Part shown: in pieces, positions 36,991 through 47,426 of the stretch
How positions within the stretch are numbered: the first letter of the stretch is position 1
Layout of the letters: the number at the start of each line of letters is the position of its first letter
Virus record (IMG/VR): IMGVR_UViG_3300042695_002264
Coordinates: 64,001 to 128,000 of that record
Direction: 5' to 3' (one strand)
Origin: a virus
DNA: 64,000 bases
Translations under genes and position numbers: made by a program
The notes under the pieces: model-generated
Databases searched by the model: none
What the model saw: the letters and a program-made list of their open reading frames with translations, nothing else
Told to the model about the DNA's origin: nothing

Positions 36991-37020
36991 ATATATAATT
37001 TTAAGTATATTATATATATG

Positions 37021-37425
37021 TTATTTTGCGCAAATTTTCCAGTAAATATCTTCTGCCTCTGACATTGATTTATTTAAAATTTCTTGATAATCTTCAACAT
37101 CTGCCACTTCTTTTTTTCCAGTAATTAAATTTAATAAATCTACATTACTGTCATTTAATACTTCATTAATTTGCTTTAGCTGGTTCTGCATTATTTCATT
37201 AACGCTTTCTTTCCATGCTTTTATAAAAGCTTTTTCAAATTTTTCTCTGTCCTGCTCTAAATAAGAATCTGACTCTATAATTTTGTTCCATAAAAAGGAT
37301 ACTATTGATAGTAGTAAATTTTCTTTCATTCCATTGAAAATTTTTTCTTTGTAATTGTCTTCAAATATATTTGATGTATTATTTTCCACTAGAACCAAAC
37401 CCCCTTTCACCGCGATCAGACTCAT
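37021..37425 (-). CDS. Hypothetical helical protein (true start probably 37389 or 37329)
   Basis: ORF track; first codons overlap dut. Confidence 0.55.
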   Translation of the reverse strand: MSLIAVKGGLVLVENNTSNIFEDNYKEKIFNGMKENLLLSIVSFLWNKIIESDSYLEQDREKFEKAFIKAWKESVNEIMQNQLKQINEVLNDSNVDLLNLITGKKEVADVEDYQEILNKSMSEAEDIYWKICAK

Positions 37426-37816
37426 CTAGTGAATCTACAAGTATCGGATCCCAGTTATAACATTTTTCAATAATTAATTGGGCAATTTTATCGCCAATAT
37501 TGATTGTGTAATCATTTTCTCCAGAATTGTATAGAATAACTTTTATTTCGCCTCTATAGCCTGAATCAACAACCCCAGCGAAAACATCGAGTCCGTACTT
37601 ATATGCCAGTCCAGATCTGGGGGCTACTCTGGCATAATGCCCATCTGGAATTGAAATGGAAATCCCACAGCTTACAGCTTTCCAACTACGACCTTTTATT
37701 ACATCTGGCTCAGATGAGTATAAATCAAGCCCAGCGTCAGATGGCGTGTTTCTAGTTGGTAATTTAGAATTTTTTGTTAAAAGTTTGACTTGTATCATTA
37801 AACTATTATAGTTCAA
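37379..37816 (-). CDS. dut: Trimeric dUTPase
   Basis: AGLDL, APRSG, GVVDSGYRGE, IAQL, RGERGFGSSG. Confidence 0.97.
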   Translation of the reverse strand: MNYNSLMIQVKLLTKNSKLPTRNTPSDAGLDLYSSEPDVIKGRSWKAVSCGISISIPDGHYARVAPRSGLAYKYGLDVFAGVVDSGYRGEIKVILYNSGENDYTINIGDKIAQLIIEKCYNWDPILVDSLDESDRGERGFGSSGK

Positions 37817-37834
37817 TATATTACAAAGACAATA

Positions 37835-38248
37835 TTATATTTTTATAAGTTCTATGCCGAATTCTTTTGCTAGTTCTGTAGAAAAATCGTCACGCTCATA
37901 AGCTTCGTTATAATAAACTTCTTTTATTCCATACATTGATATATTCTTTATACATTCAGAGCAGGGGCGTAGTGTGACTGCCATTAATTTAGCTTCATGT
38001 GGCTTAATGTAGCGCAAAGCAGCGGTTTCTGCGTGAGATACTCGACGACGCCTTTCGTCTCTATCGCTCCAATTAATCTCAACGCCTGGAGGCGCTCCAT
38101 TGTAACCTATTGCAGCTACAGTATTATCATAGCGCAGAATACAGGCACCGACCTTCCTATAAGGATCTTCAGATCTAAGTGCGGCAGCTTTTGCAAGCTC
38201 CATGGCATATTCTGGCCAAGTTAATCGTTTATGCATCATATTTGACAA
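37835..38248 (-). CDS. dCMP deaminase
   Basis: RSEDPYRKVGA, GYNG, HAE, PCSEC. Confidence 0.93.
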   Translation of the reverse strand: MSNMMHKRLTWPEYAMELAKAAALRSEDPYRKVGACILRYDNTVAAIGYNGAPPGVEINWSDRDERRRRVSHAETAALRYIKPHEAKLMAVTLRPCSECIKNISMYGIKEVYYNEAYERDDFSTELAKEFGIELIKI

Positions 38249-40560
38249 GCACCACCAGCACAGGCTTGGGCTCCAAGAGTAGCGGCCTCTACGTAGGTTT
38301 GGTCTTTTTCTATTACACTAGACCAATCGACTTCTCGATGTTCTCTTTGTATGTCGCACCATGTTTTCCACAATGTAACATGTTTTAAACAATGCGCTGT
38401 CCTGCGATCATCGCCATTAAAATATCTTTGAGAAAACTGCTTCGCTCTCCTTAACCAGTCTTTTTTCGCAAACCAATTGTCATATTCTACTTTTTTTCCA
38501 TAGTATGAAATAATTTTTTCATTATGCTCTTTAAGAGTATACCCATTCTTATGTGGAAATACTGGCTCAATCATGCTTTCTGGAACTTGCTCTCCAATGC
38601 CAAGAAATGCATCGCATGCTTTCCATAAATTACCATCAAAAGCAGCTAGTCCATCTACAGTTAATCCAGAAGCAAACACTGAAGCATTTCCATATTGCTC
38701 AACAATCTCTTCTGGGGTTAAAACAGTGCTGAATGGAGCCTGTGGGTAGTCAAGATCGCCAGAGGATGGCAGCAATGATATGCCAGAAAAATATTCTTGA
38801 TTATTAAAAATAAACTTTTCGACATCCTTCCATTCATTTGGTTGAACAACTACTGTGCATGACACATTATGCCTAACATATGGTTTTACGCATAGTTCTT
38901 GATTTGTGCCATGTTCTACCCAGTTTCTTTGAGTAGACTTGATTTGATCTAAAAACTGAACTGCTGATGTGGCATTTTTTAAAATAGCGCCTCTTGGCAC
39001 TTCGCACAAAAACGAAACAACCTCATCGGTTCCGTTGGCTGACCAAACGCTTGTTTCTACAGCAAGTGGGTTTTGTGACTTATAATGCTGTGCTGGAAAT
39101 TCATTGCGATTGGCTTGAACTCTGCGAATATATCGTTTTGCATGGTGTGGGTGTATTCCAGAGGCGGTTCCAAGCACACAACTGGTTGATCCGGCTGGCT
39201 TTACGCATGTTGTTCTTGCAGATTGATTAATACCAATCATTGCGGAAATTTTTTTATTTGTTTTTTTAATTTCCTCCGCGCCTTTTCTTTGAATTTTTGA
39301 ATCTAAAAGAATTTCAGGATTATCCATGAATCCAGTTATCGAACAGCCAAGAAGGGCCTCTCTTTCAACTATTTTTTTAGTAGTATCTGTTAAATAGTTA
39401 AAACGAGTATACCCTGCCTGCATTGTTCCCAAAATGGCAGATGCTCGGCATGCTTCATAAAACTCATCTTCGCTTGTGCAAAATTTTCCATTAATTTCCG
39501 TTAGATTACAGACTTGTATGCCGCTCTTGCCATTAAAGTTTGGAATCATTCCAATTTCAGCACATGGGTTATATACAACGTCTGTTCCATGTAGCCAAAT
39601 AAATCCAGGCTCACCAAATTGACGCGTTGACTCCATGAGGCTATGAAACTCTTCTGAAGTTGTTTTGCCTTTAATAAGGACAGCAGAATTATTAGACCTT
39701 GCTCTTTGAGGATTTTCTATAAACCAATTGCCAGTTTTAGCAGCAGCCATTTCGCCATCATTTAGTGAAAATTGACAGATAGTAGCAGATCTGCGAACGC
39801 CCCCAGATAAAACTGCATCGCTGGCATGCATAATAATATCATATGCATCTATTGGGCGCAGCTTCCCAGCAAATTCATCTGTTTTGAATTCTGCACTATT
39901 AATTCGTTTTTCAATCAATGTCCTAATTTTTTCTATTGCCTTTTCAAGGCCTTTATGTCCAGGTGCTTTAAATTGACCAGCTATTAAGGCGCCCTCTGGA
40001 CGAATAAGGCTATAATCAAAATTTACTTTGTGACCAGACATTTCTGGAAATTCGCTGTCTTTTTCAGCAAAATAGCTATTGACAATAACCCCAATCGCAT
40101 CGGCCCAGCCCTCAATGGAATCTTCTACTTTCCATTTTCTCCAAGCAGAACTATCTACGTGATGAAGTTTGGGCAATTTATCAATGTGTTCTTTTTGAAC
40201 AGAAAATCCAAGACCAACACCACAAAGTAATACATACATCGATTCTTGGAATGATCTTGCCCTATCAATATAGGTAGAAGAACAGTTATAGATTTTAAAT
40301 TCTTCTTTCTCAATCCATTTTCCGCCAAATTGTAAAGCCCTTTGTGAGCCAAGAACTCTTTTCTTTCTTACCATTCTTTTTGCAAATTCAAATTCCTCTT
40401 TAAATTCTGGATTTGATTCTAGAACATGAGCATACTTTCTAGCATGCATTCCAAATACGCGCTCTACAATTTCTGGCCATGTCTCTCTTCTTTGTTTTTC
40501 TGGAAGATAGTGTGAGTATTTTGCGTACAATGTGTATTCTGAAAGTGCTTTTAGGCTCAT
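38236..40560 (-). CDS. nrdJ: Class II (B12-dependent, monomeric-type) ribonucleotide reductase
   Basis: IYNC, GGVRRSA, RSNNS, NPCAEI, CNLTEIN, VKPAGS, C-terminal ACAGGAC; no nrdB in the window. Confidence 0.9.
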   Translation of the reverse strand: MSLKALSEYTLYAKYSHYLPEKQRRETWPEIVERVFGMHARKYAHVLESNPEFKEEFEFAKRMVRKKRVLGSQRALQFGGKWIEKEEFKIYNCSSTYIDRARSFQESMYVLLCGVGLGFSVQKEHIDKLPKLHHVDSSAWRKWKVEDSIEGWADAIGVIVNSYFAEKDSEFPEMSGHKVNFDYSLIRPEGALIAGQFKAPGHKGLEKAIEKIRTLIEKRINSAEFKTDEFAGKLRPIDAYDIIMHASDAVLSGGVRRSATICQFSLNDGEMAAAKTGNWFIENPQRARSNNSAVLIKGKTTSEEFHSLMESTRQFGEPGFIWLHGTDVVYNPCAEIGMIPNFNGKSGIQVCNLTEINGKFCTSEDEFYEACRASAILGTMQAGYTRFNYLTDTTKKIVEREALLGCSITGFMDNPEILLDSKIQRKGAEEIKKTNKKISAMIGINQSARTTCVKPAGSTSCVLGTASGIHPHHAKRYIRRVQANRNEFPAQHYKSQNPLAVETSVWSANGTDEVVSFLCEVPRGAILKNATSAVQFLDQIKSTQRNWVEHGTNQELCVKPYVRHNVSCTVVVQPNEWKDVEKFIFNNQEYFSGISLLPSSGDLDYPQAPFSTVLTPEEIVEQYGNASVFASGLTVDGLAAFDGNLWKACDAFLGIGEQVPESMIEPVFPHKNGYTLKEHNEKIISYYGKKVEYDNWFAKKDWLRRAKQFSQRYFNGDDRRTAHCLKHVTLWKTWCDIQREHREVDWSSVIEKDQTYVEAATLGAQACAGGACQI

Positions 40561-40691
40561 AGTATTAAAAATGATTTAAATTTTTTTGACGCGCTTGCGT
40601 CAGTTTTTTATATTACGCTAATTTGTTTGGAATGAAAATTTTTTTTACGTGATGGCGTAAAAAAAATGAAAACAAAAAAAAGTGGTGTATG

Positions 40692-41525
40692 TTATTTTAT
40701 AGACATATCAAATATCATCTCTTCTATAGATAATATTTTACCATTCCATAACTGGCTATTCATTGATTGATCTATCGTAGATAATGTTTTATTAACAGTA
40801 ATGTCACAAAGGCTAGGAGTAATATCAATATTTTTTTTAAAATACTTTTTAAATAATTCGAGTAAATGATATTTGCTAGCTGTATCTTGCGGAACTATAT
40901 GCTGAACATTATTGACTTGTATATTATTTGATATTATATTTTCACATATTTTGGCAAATTGAAGTGTTGTAATTCCATTCCAAAAATGATTAATATATCC
41001 TTCAATTGGGATATCGGTATTTTGGTTGAGAAACCAAGAAAGTAAATTTTTTGATGTATTTAGTTCCTCACCAATGATTGAGCATCTAAGATTGTAGACT
41101 TTCTCATTTTTGATTTCTCCAAGACTTTTAGTTTTTCCGTACACATCAACTGCATCATGCGATGATAGCTCTGAATAGTTGCCAGATTTTCCAGAAAATA
41201 CCCCATCGGTAGTTATGTTAATAATTCTTTTTGCAAGATCTGATTGCAATATCTTCATGGGAAGTAGCGTGTTGATATTGACTGCTTCAGACAAAAGATC
41301 TGGAGTTTTTTCCTTTGTTCTTAATATACCAGCACAATTAATTAAATAATCATAAGGCAAAAAGAAACTAAAGAGTTCATCGTAATGAATATAGAATATA
41401 TTATCCTCTCGACAAATTCTCCTATTTCTAGTAAAAGCATATATTGTCCAGTTTTTATTTTTGGATAGATATTTTACAACCGTATGCCCCAGCATTCCTC
41501 CAGAACCAACTACCGCAATTTTCAT
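40692..41525 (-). CDS. RmlD-like NDP-4-keto-6-deoxyhexose reductase
   Basis: GSGGMLG, INCAG, ITTDGVFSG, YGKTK. Confidence 0.88.
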   Translation of the reverse strand: MKIAVVGSGGMLGHTVVKYLSKNKNWTIYAFTRNRRICREDNIFYIHYDELFSFFLPYDYLINCAGILRTKEKTPDLLSEAVNINTLLPMKILQSDLAKRIINITTDGVFSGKSGNYSELSSHDAVDVYGKTKSLGEIKNEKVYNLRCSIIGEELNTSKNLLSWFLNQNTDIPIEGYINHFWNGITTLQFAKICENIISNNIQVNNVQHIVPQDTASKYHLLELFKKYFKKNIDITPSLCDITVNKTLSTIDQSMNSQLWNGKILSIEEMIFDMSIK

Positions 41526-42448
41526 AAATAAAAATTATTATCAGATAGTAGATTTTCTAAAGCTAGCTTATCCATTACATAATCTCTACTTGAAAATTCT
41601 TTATTAATAAAATTAACAGGCTTTTCAGAAGTTTTCGTTGGGCTAATTGCAAAATAATTGTCATGGCTTGTAGTTCTGAAAGCCTCCTCTTCGCTTATCA
41701 TTACTTCGTGTATTTTTTCGCCAACTCTTGGTTTTGTAATAGAATATTGCAATCCAAATTTTTCTTTATAAATATCAAAAAGATCTTTTATTTTGAAAGA
41801 TTTAATATTAGGAATTATTGTTGCCTGTGAAAAATTTTGCATGCTATATAGAATTAAGTCTATTGCATCTTCTATGGATAGCATAAATCTGGTCATTTCT
41901 TCTGAATATAAATTTAATTCATATTTATTTTCTAGCGCGTTTTTAATTAATGGTATAATAGATCCAGTTGAATTTGTTACATTTCCGTATCTGCATGATA
42001 CTAAAGGTACATGCGAGTTATTTACAATAAAAGATTGTTCAGCAACGAATTTGCAGGCGCCATATATAGTTGTTGCCGCGCATGCCTTGTCGCTTGAAAC
42101 AAAACATGCTGATTCAAAATTATTATCTTCAGCGGCAATTCTCGAATTTACTGCACCATTTATAATAGTATCTATTGCTTCAGTAGTGTTCTCGTCGCAA
42201 GCCGATATTTGCTTTAAGCTGGCTGTAAAAATGCCTACATTGCAATCTTTTGACTCTCTAATTAATCTATTTAAATTTCTAATATCTCCAACAACGCATT
42301 TTATTTTTGGATATTTTTTCTTTAATAAATAGTGCTTGGCCTCGTCTCTAGAAAAGCAAACAATTTCATTATCTTTATAAAGTCTTTCAATTAAATTTTT
42401 TCCAAGATATCCAGCGCCTCCAGTAATAAAAATTCGCTTGTTTTTCAT
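41522..42448 (-). CDS. UDP-GlcNAc 4,6-dehydratase (PseB/FnlA/CapD family)
   Basis: ITGGAGYLG, FSRDEAK, GDIR, SSDKA, YGACK, RYGNV, RVGEKIHE. Confidence 0.9.
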   Translation of the reverse strand: MKNKRIFITGGAGYLGKNLIERLYKDNEIVCFSRDEAKHYLLKKKYPKIKCVVGDIRNLNRLIRESKDCNVGIFTASLKQISACDENTTEAIDTIINGAVNSRIAAEDNNFESACFVSSDKACAATTIYGACKFVAEQSFIVNNSHVPLVSCRYGNVTNSTGSIIPLIKNALENKYELNLYSEEMTRFMLSIEDAIDLILYSMQNFSQATIIPNIKSFKIKDLFDIYKEKFGLQYSITKPRVGEKIHEVMISEEEAFRTTSHDNYFAISPTKTSEKPVNFINKEFSSRDYVMDKLALENLLSDNNFYL

Positions 42449-42451
42449 ATA

Positions 42452-43096
42452 TCATTTATGATGTATTGTAAATGTTTTATCTAAAAAATTTGTGCCAACG
42501 AGTTCACCAAATTCTTTATTGTATGGTCTTGTTTCGGCTAGTTTCCTAACTTGATTGCGGCATTCTTCTTGAGGCCAAGAGCATAAATTAGGAACAATGG
42601 CCCATTTATCAGCTAATAATTTTCTATTATTGTCGCTTGGGGGCCAAGAGCTTGGAATATTTAAAAATGGTATTTCTAAATCATAATAATACGCAATATT
42701 TGCTTCATTTAATCTAAATAAAAAATCCATATCTTCTTGACCGCCGCCGACAAATCTTTCATCAAAAAACCCTACCCTTCTTATAGTTTCTTTATGTATG
42801 CCAAAAAAACCAAGAGCATATAGGCCAACCAGCCCATAGCCAGATCTAAGTAATTGAATTATTTTATAAAAACTTTTGGATGATTCTGGTCTAGCCTTAT
42901 CCGATAAGAATATGCAATATTCTGATTTAGAGCTTAAAATAGATTGATTCATCATCTCGGAATAACTTTTGGGGTTATTTGGAGTAAATAAATCAAAATT
43001 TATATCAGGGGTTGAGCGTATTAATTCGTCCGCCAAATGTTGCCTATTGGAGTTAATTGTGCAAGAAAATAAAGTCTCGTTAAAAAAATTATTCAT
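42452..43096 (-). CDS. GT-A (GT2/GT7C-like) glycosyltransferase
   Basis: VGFFDERFVGGGQEDMDF. Confidence 0.75.
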   Translation of the reverse strand: MNNFFNETLFSCTINSNRQHLADELIRSTPDINFDLFTPNNPKSYSEMMNQSILSSKSEYCIFLSDKARPESSKSFYKIIQLLRSGYGLVGLYALGFFGIHKETIRRVGFFDERFVGGGQEDMDFLFRLNEANIAYYYDLEIPFLNIPSSWPPSDNNRKLLADKWAIVPNLCSWPQEECRNQVRKLAETRPYNKEFGELVGTNFLDKTFTIHHK

Positions 43097-44303
43097 AAAC
43101 TTTTATTTCTGGTAATGGAATGATCCATTTGCCATTAAAATTTTTATTTCTTTTTATTATTTCATCAATAAAAGTATACGCAAAGCATAGGATATAGTCT
43201 GGCGGATCTGTATTTAAAATTTCAGAATTTACTATTGGTATATGATTATTTGGAGTAAAACATCCAACTTTTAAAGGCGCATCATCAATAATTAGTGGTA
43301 TCTCAGACTTATTTATATTATAAAATGCCATAAGTGTATTTGCTTGGCCAGAAGCTCCATATCCATAAATTTTTTTATTTTCACTTTTGAGTCTAGATAT
43401 CAAAGATTTAAGTTCAGCGCCAAGAGACTTTACATTATCAGAATAATCAAGATATGTATTGATATCATAAAGTTTTAAATCAATCTCCTCTTTTTCTAAA
43501 GATGATACGCTATCTTTAATTTCGTATGCTCCATTATGGCAAATATAATAGCGTACAGATCCGCCGTGTATGTCAATATGTTTAACATCGAATATTGATA
43601 AATCAAACTGATCCATTAAATATTTCATAGCTTTAAGGCTATAATAATACATATGCTCATGATATATGAAAGGAAATTGAAAATTTTTAATAATATTTCC
43701 AAGCCAATGTACCTCTATAATCGCTACCCCTTCGCTAGATAATAATTTTTTAATTCCAAAAGTAACATCTTTAATATTTTCGATATGGGCAAAGCAGTTG
43801 CTGGCGCTTATAATATCTGCCGTTCCATGTTCAGAACTTATTTTATCTGCAAGGCTACTATTAAAGCATGTGTTATACAGTATAGTACCATCTGGTTGAA
43901 AGTTTTTTGCAACATTGCTTGGGTCTACGCCAATAATTTTTTCATACTGTGTGCCTATCAGATTGCCAAGCATAGAAAAATCATTGCAACCAATTTCAAC
44001 TATATTTTTATTATTTTTTGCTGACTTATATTCATTTGCCATTTCACCAAAATGAATTTTAAGAGTATTTATTGATCCTGTTTTGTAGAAATAATCGCTA
44101 AATAAAACTTCTGGAGAAATTACTTCATTCACTTGGACTAAAGAGCTTTCTGGGCAAAAAGAGACTGTTAGCGGATATTTAGATTCTGTTTTACATGACC
44201 CTTCATCTTTTAAAAATCCACCAGCCAATGCCGTATCGAAAGAAAAAAATGTTATTAAATTTTTTGATTCAGAAATTCTGCAATGATTATATTTTTTATA
44301 CAT
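43089..44303 (-). CDS. NDP-hexose C-methyltransferase
   Basis: VEIGCND, GVDPS, NCFAH, IYHEH, IHGGS, YGASG. Confidence 0.9.
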   Translation of the reverse strand: MYKKYNHCRISESKNLITFFSFDTALAGGFLKDEGSCKTESKYPLTVSFCPESSLVQVNEVISPEVLFSDYFYKTGSINTLKIHFGEMANEYKSAKNNKNIVEIGCNDFSMLGNLIGTQYEKIIGVDPSNVAKNFQPDGTILYNTCFNSSLADKISSEHGTADIISASNCFAHIENIKDVTFGIKKLLSSEGVAIIEVHWLGNIIKNFQFPFIYHEHMYYYSLKAMKYLMDQFDLSIFDVKHIDIHGGSVRYYICHNGAYEIKDSVSSLEKEEIDLKLYDINTYLDYSDNVKSLGAELKSLISRLKSENKKIYGYGASGQANTLMAFYNINKSEIPLIIDDAPLKVGCFTPNNHIPIVNSEILNTDPPDYILCFAYTFIDEIIKRNKNFNGKWIIPLPEIKVYE

Positions 44304-45165
44304 AGGATCCTAGTGATATTTTTTGTCTAAATTGTTGAATTGAAATTCCTGCTTTTAACTGAAAGTTTTCTAAATTATTTTCATTTTTAAGTTCTTGTGG
44401 AAGCCTCTTCATTGAAGCAGAAGATGTGTGAAAAACAAAGGATTTATTTGAGCAAATATGTTTAAAGTTAAATCCGTGCAATTTCCATAGGTTGTAGGCA
44501 AACATATCATCGCGTCCGTACCCGCTACGAAAAGTCATATCCCATTCTCCAGAATATCCACCAATAGAGAGATAATCTTTGGATTTTACGCATATTGGGT
44601 GACAATATGATATGATCATTTTGTCTTGATTGTAAAGATTGTTACTCCATTTGCCAATGAATACGTTGTAGGTTTCAATAGAAATTTCTGATTTTAAATC
44701 TGTATCCACAACAACGCATGGGTTATTGCTGTAAAAATTTTCCACAAGCATACATGAAGATGATGCTGGGTAATTTTTTTCTATAATTTGAATCAGATCA
44801 TCTGCAAAATCTAGACAAAAAAGCATATCATCATTGGTGTTTAAAAAATATTCAGAATTCTCTATAAATGGCTTTAAATAATCTATTGCCAATACGCCTC
44901 TGTTTTCTGGAACAGCAACGAATGGTATTTTCAAATTTAAAAGAAAATCTATCGACTCTATATCGGCCTCATTTAAAACAACAGCAATCCCGTCTTTGCT
45001 AAAATCAAGGCTTTGCATTATTGAAAAAATACAACCCTTTAAAAGATTTGGGTTATTCCAAGAGCATAATCCAACTAATAATCTTTTTTTATGCATATGT
45101 ATCATTGTATATTGTTGGCGGCAATTGGCCAGATTTTTTATAAAAATCTTTATTAATTTCAACAC
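44296..45165 (-). CDS. GT2-like glycosyltransferase
   Basis: SWN, ENRG, NDDM, IGGY, G.DD, VFH. Confidence 0.7.
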   Translation of the reverse strand: MLKLIKIFIKNLANCRQQYTMIHMHKKRLLVGLCSWNNPNLLKGCIFSIMQSLDFSKDGIAVVLNEADIESIDFLLNLKIPFVAVPENRGVLAIDYLKPFIENSEYFLNTNDDMLFCLDFADDLIQIIEKNYPASSSCMLVENFYSNNPCVVVDTDLKSEISIETYNVFIGKWSNNLYNQDKMIISYCHPICVKSKDYLSIGGYSGEWDMTFRSGYGRDDMFAYNLWKLHGFNFKHICSNKSFVFHTSSASMKRLPQELKNENNLENFQLKAGISIQQFRQKISLGSYV

Positions 45166-45847
45166 AATTTTTTAAAGGATTCCAATTGTAAGAGCATGCG
45201 CCAAAATGTGCCTCTTGGTATTCTATTTTATTCTTGCTTCTCTCATTATTAAGCCAAGTCATATGTTTTACATGAATATTATTTTTAGGAATAATTATGC
45301 TAGAAAGCTGCTTATAATCTACAGGCGCTCCATCTTTATTGCTATATAAAATATCATTATCCCAATAAAATTTATCAATAGTATAATTTTGATATGTTTT
45401 TTTGAATAATCTCGGCGGACAAAAACCATCTATCCAAGATTTTTCATCAAATATATAATTTTTAAAATTAATTTTGGCCCAAGCAACCCAGCTAAAATCA
45501 TCTCCATTTATAAAGTTTAGTAAACTTTCTATTTCTTTTTCTGTATAAAACTCATCTATATCTAAAATAAGAAACGTATCAGTGTTTGTATTTTGTTTTA
45601 AAAATTCCAATGGAACATTTCTAGCATTATGTTCGTTTACAATATTTTCATTATTATGAAATATATGACTATCTGGAATAAACTTGCTAAGCTCGTCTAG
45701 GCACGGTTTATTGTTTTGTTTTTGAAAATTTTCGAATTGAAAGCTGGCACATGCAGTTGGTATATTAAAATTCTTCCAAGGAGATAGGCATGGCTGCACA
45801 TACTCTTCAAGGGCGTAAGCTGACAGTATAATGGCTAAATTTCTCAT
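45089..45847 (-). CDS. GT2-like glycosyltransferase
   Basis: RN..L, ILDIDEFY, RLF, KH. Confidence 0.7.
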   Translation of the reverse strand: MRNLAIILSAYALEEYVQPCLSPWKNFNIPTACASFQFENFQKQNNKPCLDELSKFIPDSHIFHNNENIVNEHNARNVPLEFLKQNTNTDTFLILDIDEFYTEKEIESLLNFINGDDFSWVAWAKINFKNYIFDEKSWIDGFCPPRLFKKTYQNYTIDKFYWDNDILYSNKDGAPVDYKQLSSIIIPKNNIHVKHMTWLNNERSKNKIEYQEAHFGACSYNWNPLKNCVEINKDFYKKSGQLPPTIYNDTYA

Positions 45848-46647
45848 ATATCTAATCCATGTTTGAAGTATTCGTCTTTAAAATCAGACTCTTGAGTGTT
45901 TAATACAACATCTCTTCCACTATAGCCTGACCATTCGTTTTGCCAAAAATTTTTATTAATCTCTCCTCGCCTGCTTAAATCTTGATATCCGTAGTGGATA
46001 ACAAATGGTATTTGTAATGTTTTTAGAATTTCTATTGGAGATTTATGTTTAAAGTCTGGATGATGTGTAATATTTATAGATTTGCACAAATTGCCCAGTT
46101 CGTCTATTAGCTCGCAACCATCGCTTTTATCTTTATCAAATTTACCATCAGATCTTCTTGCAAAATTAACAATGCCTCTATGCATACCCTTTTTTCTATG
46201 GATATACCATTTTGTGCCTATATCTCTATAGTGATTTTTATCCTTATAAAGGTTAATAACGGGAATCATAAAAGCATATCCATCTAAAATTATATCTTTA
46301 TTGACCTTGATAAAGTTTTTCCAAATATTTGGATCATTAATTCTTTCATCTCCGTCAAGTTGAACACATATATCATTTGAGCAATTTTGAAGGGCAATAT
46401 TCTTTAGCTTTCCATCTTTAGCAAATGTTGTAGAATTTGCATCATAACTCATAAATACTTTAACTTTGCTATTGTTGTTTGCAATATTTTGTAATATGTC
46501 TTGTGTATTGTCTTCATTATCAGGTATTGTGGCAATACAAATCTCGTCAGCTAATTGAGAAAAATTTTCTATAGCAGAATTTATATCAAACTTATTCTTT
46601 TCTATATTGAACGCTGTTGTATAAATTGATATCATAATTAATCCCAA
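45844..46647 (-). CDS. GT2-like glycosyltransferase
   Basis: ADEI, DNT, KNIAL, QLDGDE, IHYGY. Confidence 0.75.
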   Translation of the reverse strand: MGLIMISIYTTAFNIEKNKFDINSAIENFSQLADEICIATIPDNEDNTQDILQNIANNNSKVKVFMSYDANSTTFAKDGKLKNIALQNCSNDICVQLDGDERINDPNIWKNFIKVNKDIILDGYAFMIPVINLYKDKNHYRDIGTKWYIHRKKGMHRGIVNFARRSDGKFDKDKSDGCELIDELGNLCKSINITHHPDFKHKSPIEILKTLQIPFVIHYGYQDLSRRGEINKNFWQNEWSGYSGRDVVLNTQESDFKDEYFKHGLDI

Positions 46648-47426
46648 TACTTAAAAACATGCGCTTTCCATCCTTCAGGGACTATATTATCACATTTTTT
46701 TGTAGATAAAATTTCTTTCCATTGATCTTCTGAAAATGGATAGTATGTATGTTTCATCCTGACATCTCCCGATACTATGCTAACAACCTTTGTATCAGTT
46801 CTATGCCTCCATACTGTTCCATCTTTTTCTTGGCGTACGCTCCATTTGCCACAATCTGCAAAAATAGGATAATTTTTACCATTATGGCTTATATAAATAG
46901 ATTTATATTTTAAATTATTTTCTTTTATATAATTTTGGATACACTCCTCGGTCCATTTGATTTCACTCCATGGGCCTGGACCACCAATACTCTTTGGTAT
47001 TTTATTGTAGAATGATGGACTTATAAACTGAGCCCTTTCTGAATAGTTGCCATGTCCTTGGTTACCAGCAAGATCTATATAAGCGTACCTATCGTTTTCA
47101 ATAAGTTTTACCATTGATTCAATAAAATTATCATCAATTACTGCTAATTGAAGCTGGTCTACTTGTATATAGAATGCATAATCGGCAAAGGATTGAGCAA
47201 ATAGCTGTATTGTTCCTGCGCCGCAACCATTATTTCGGCTATTAACTATAAGATCATCTATTAACCCATCCTGCTTGAACTTCTCTGAATATCTCTCGGA
47301 AGATCCATTATCTAAATATGTAATTTTATAATCAAACTTAGAATTTGATCTTATACTATTTAATAAGTTTTTGGCTTCATCTGGCCTATTATAGTCAAGT
47401 ATAAGATACTCAATAACATATTTCAT
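46638..47426 (-). CDS. GT2-like glycosyltransferase
   Basis: YNRP, LDNGS, N.G. Confidence 0.7.
   Translation of the reverse strand: MKYVIEYLILDYNRPDEAKNLLNSIRSNSKFDYKITYLDNGSSERYSEKFKQDGLIDDLIVNSRNNGCGAGTIQLFAQSFADYAFYIQVDQLQLAVIDDNFIESMVKLIENDRYAYIDLAGNQGHGNYSERAQFISPSFYNKIPKSIGGPGPWSEIKWTEECIQNYIKENNLKYKSIYISHNGKNYPIFADCGKWSVRQEKDGTVWRHRTDTKVVSIVSGDVRMKHTYYPFSEDQWKEILSTKKCDNIVPEGWKAHVFKYWD

Noticed and set aside
16570-40560. Inteins in DnaE, DnaB, RecA or NrdJ
   Set aside because: Lengths are ordinary and no C...HN-C/S/T or LAGLIDADG blocks were seen
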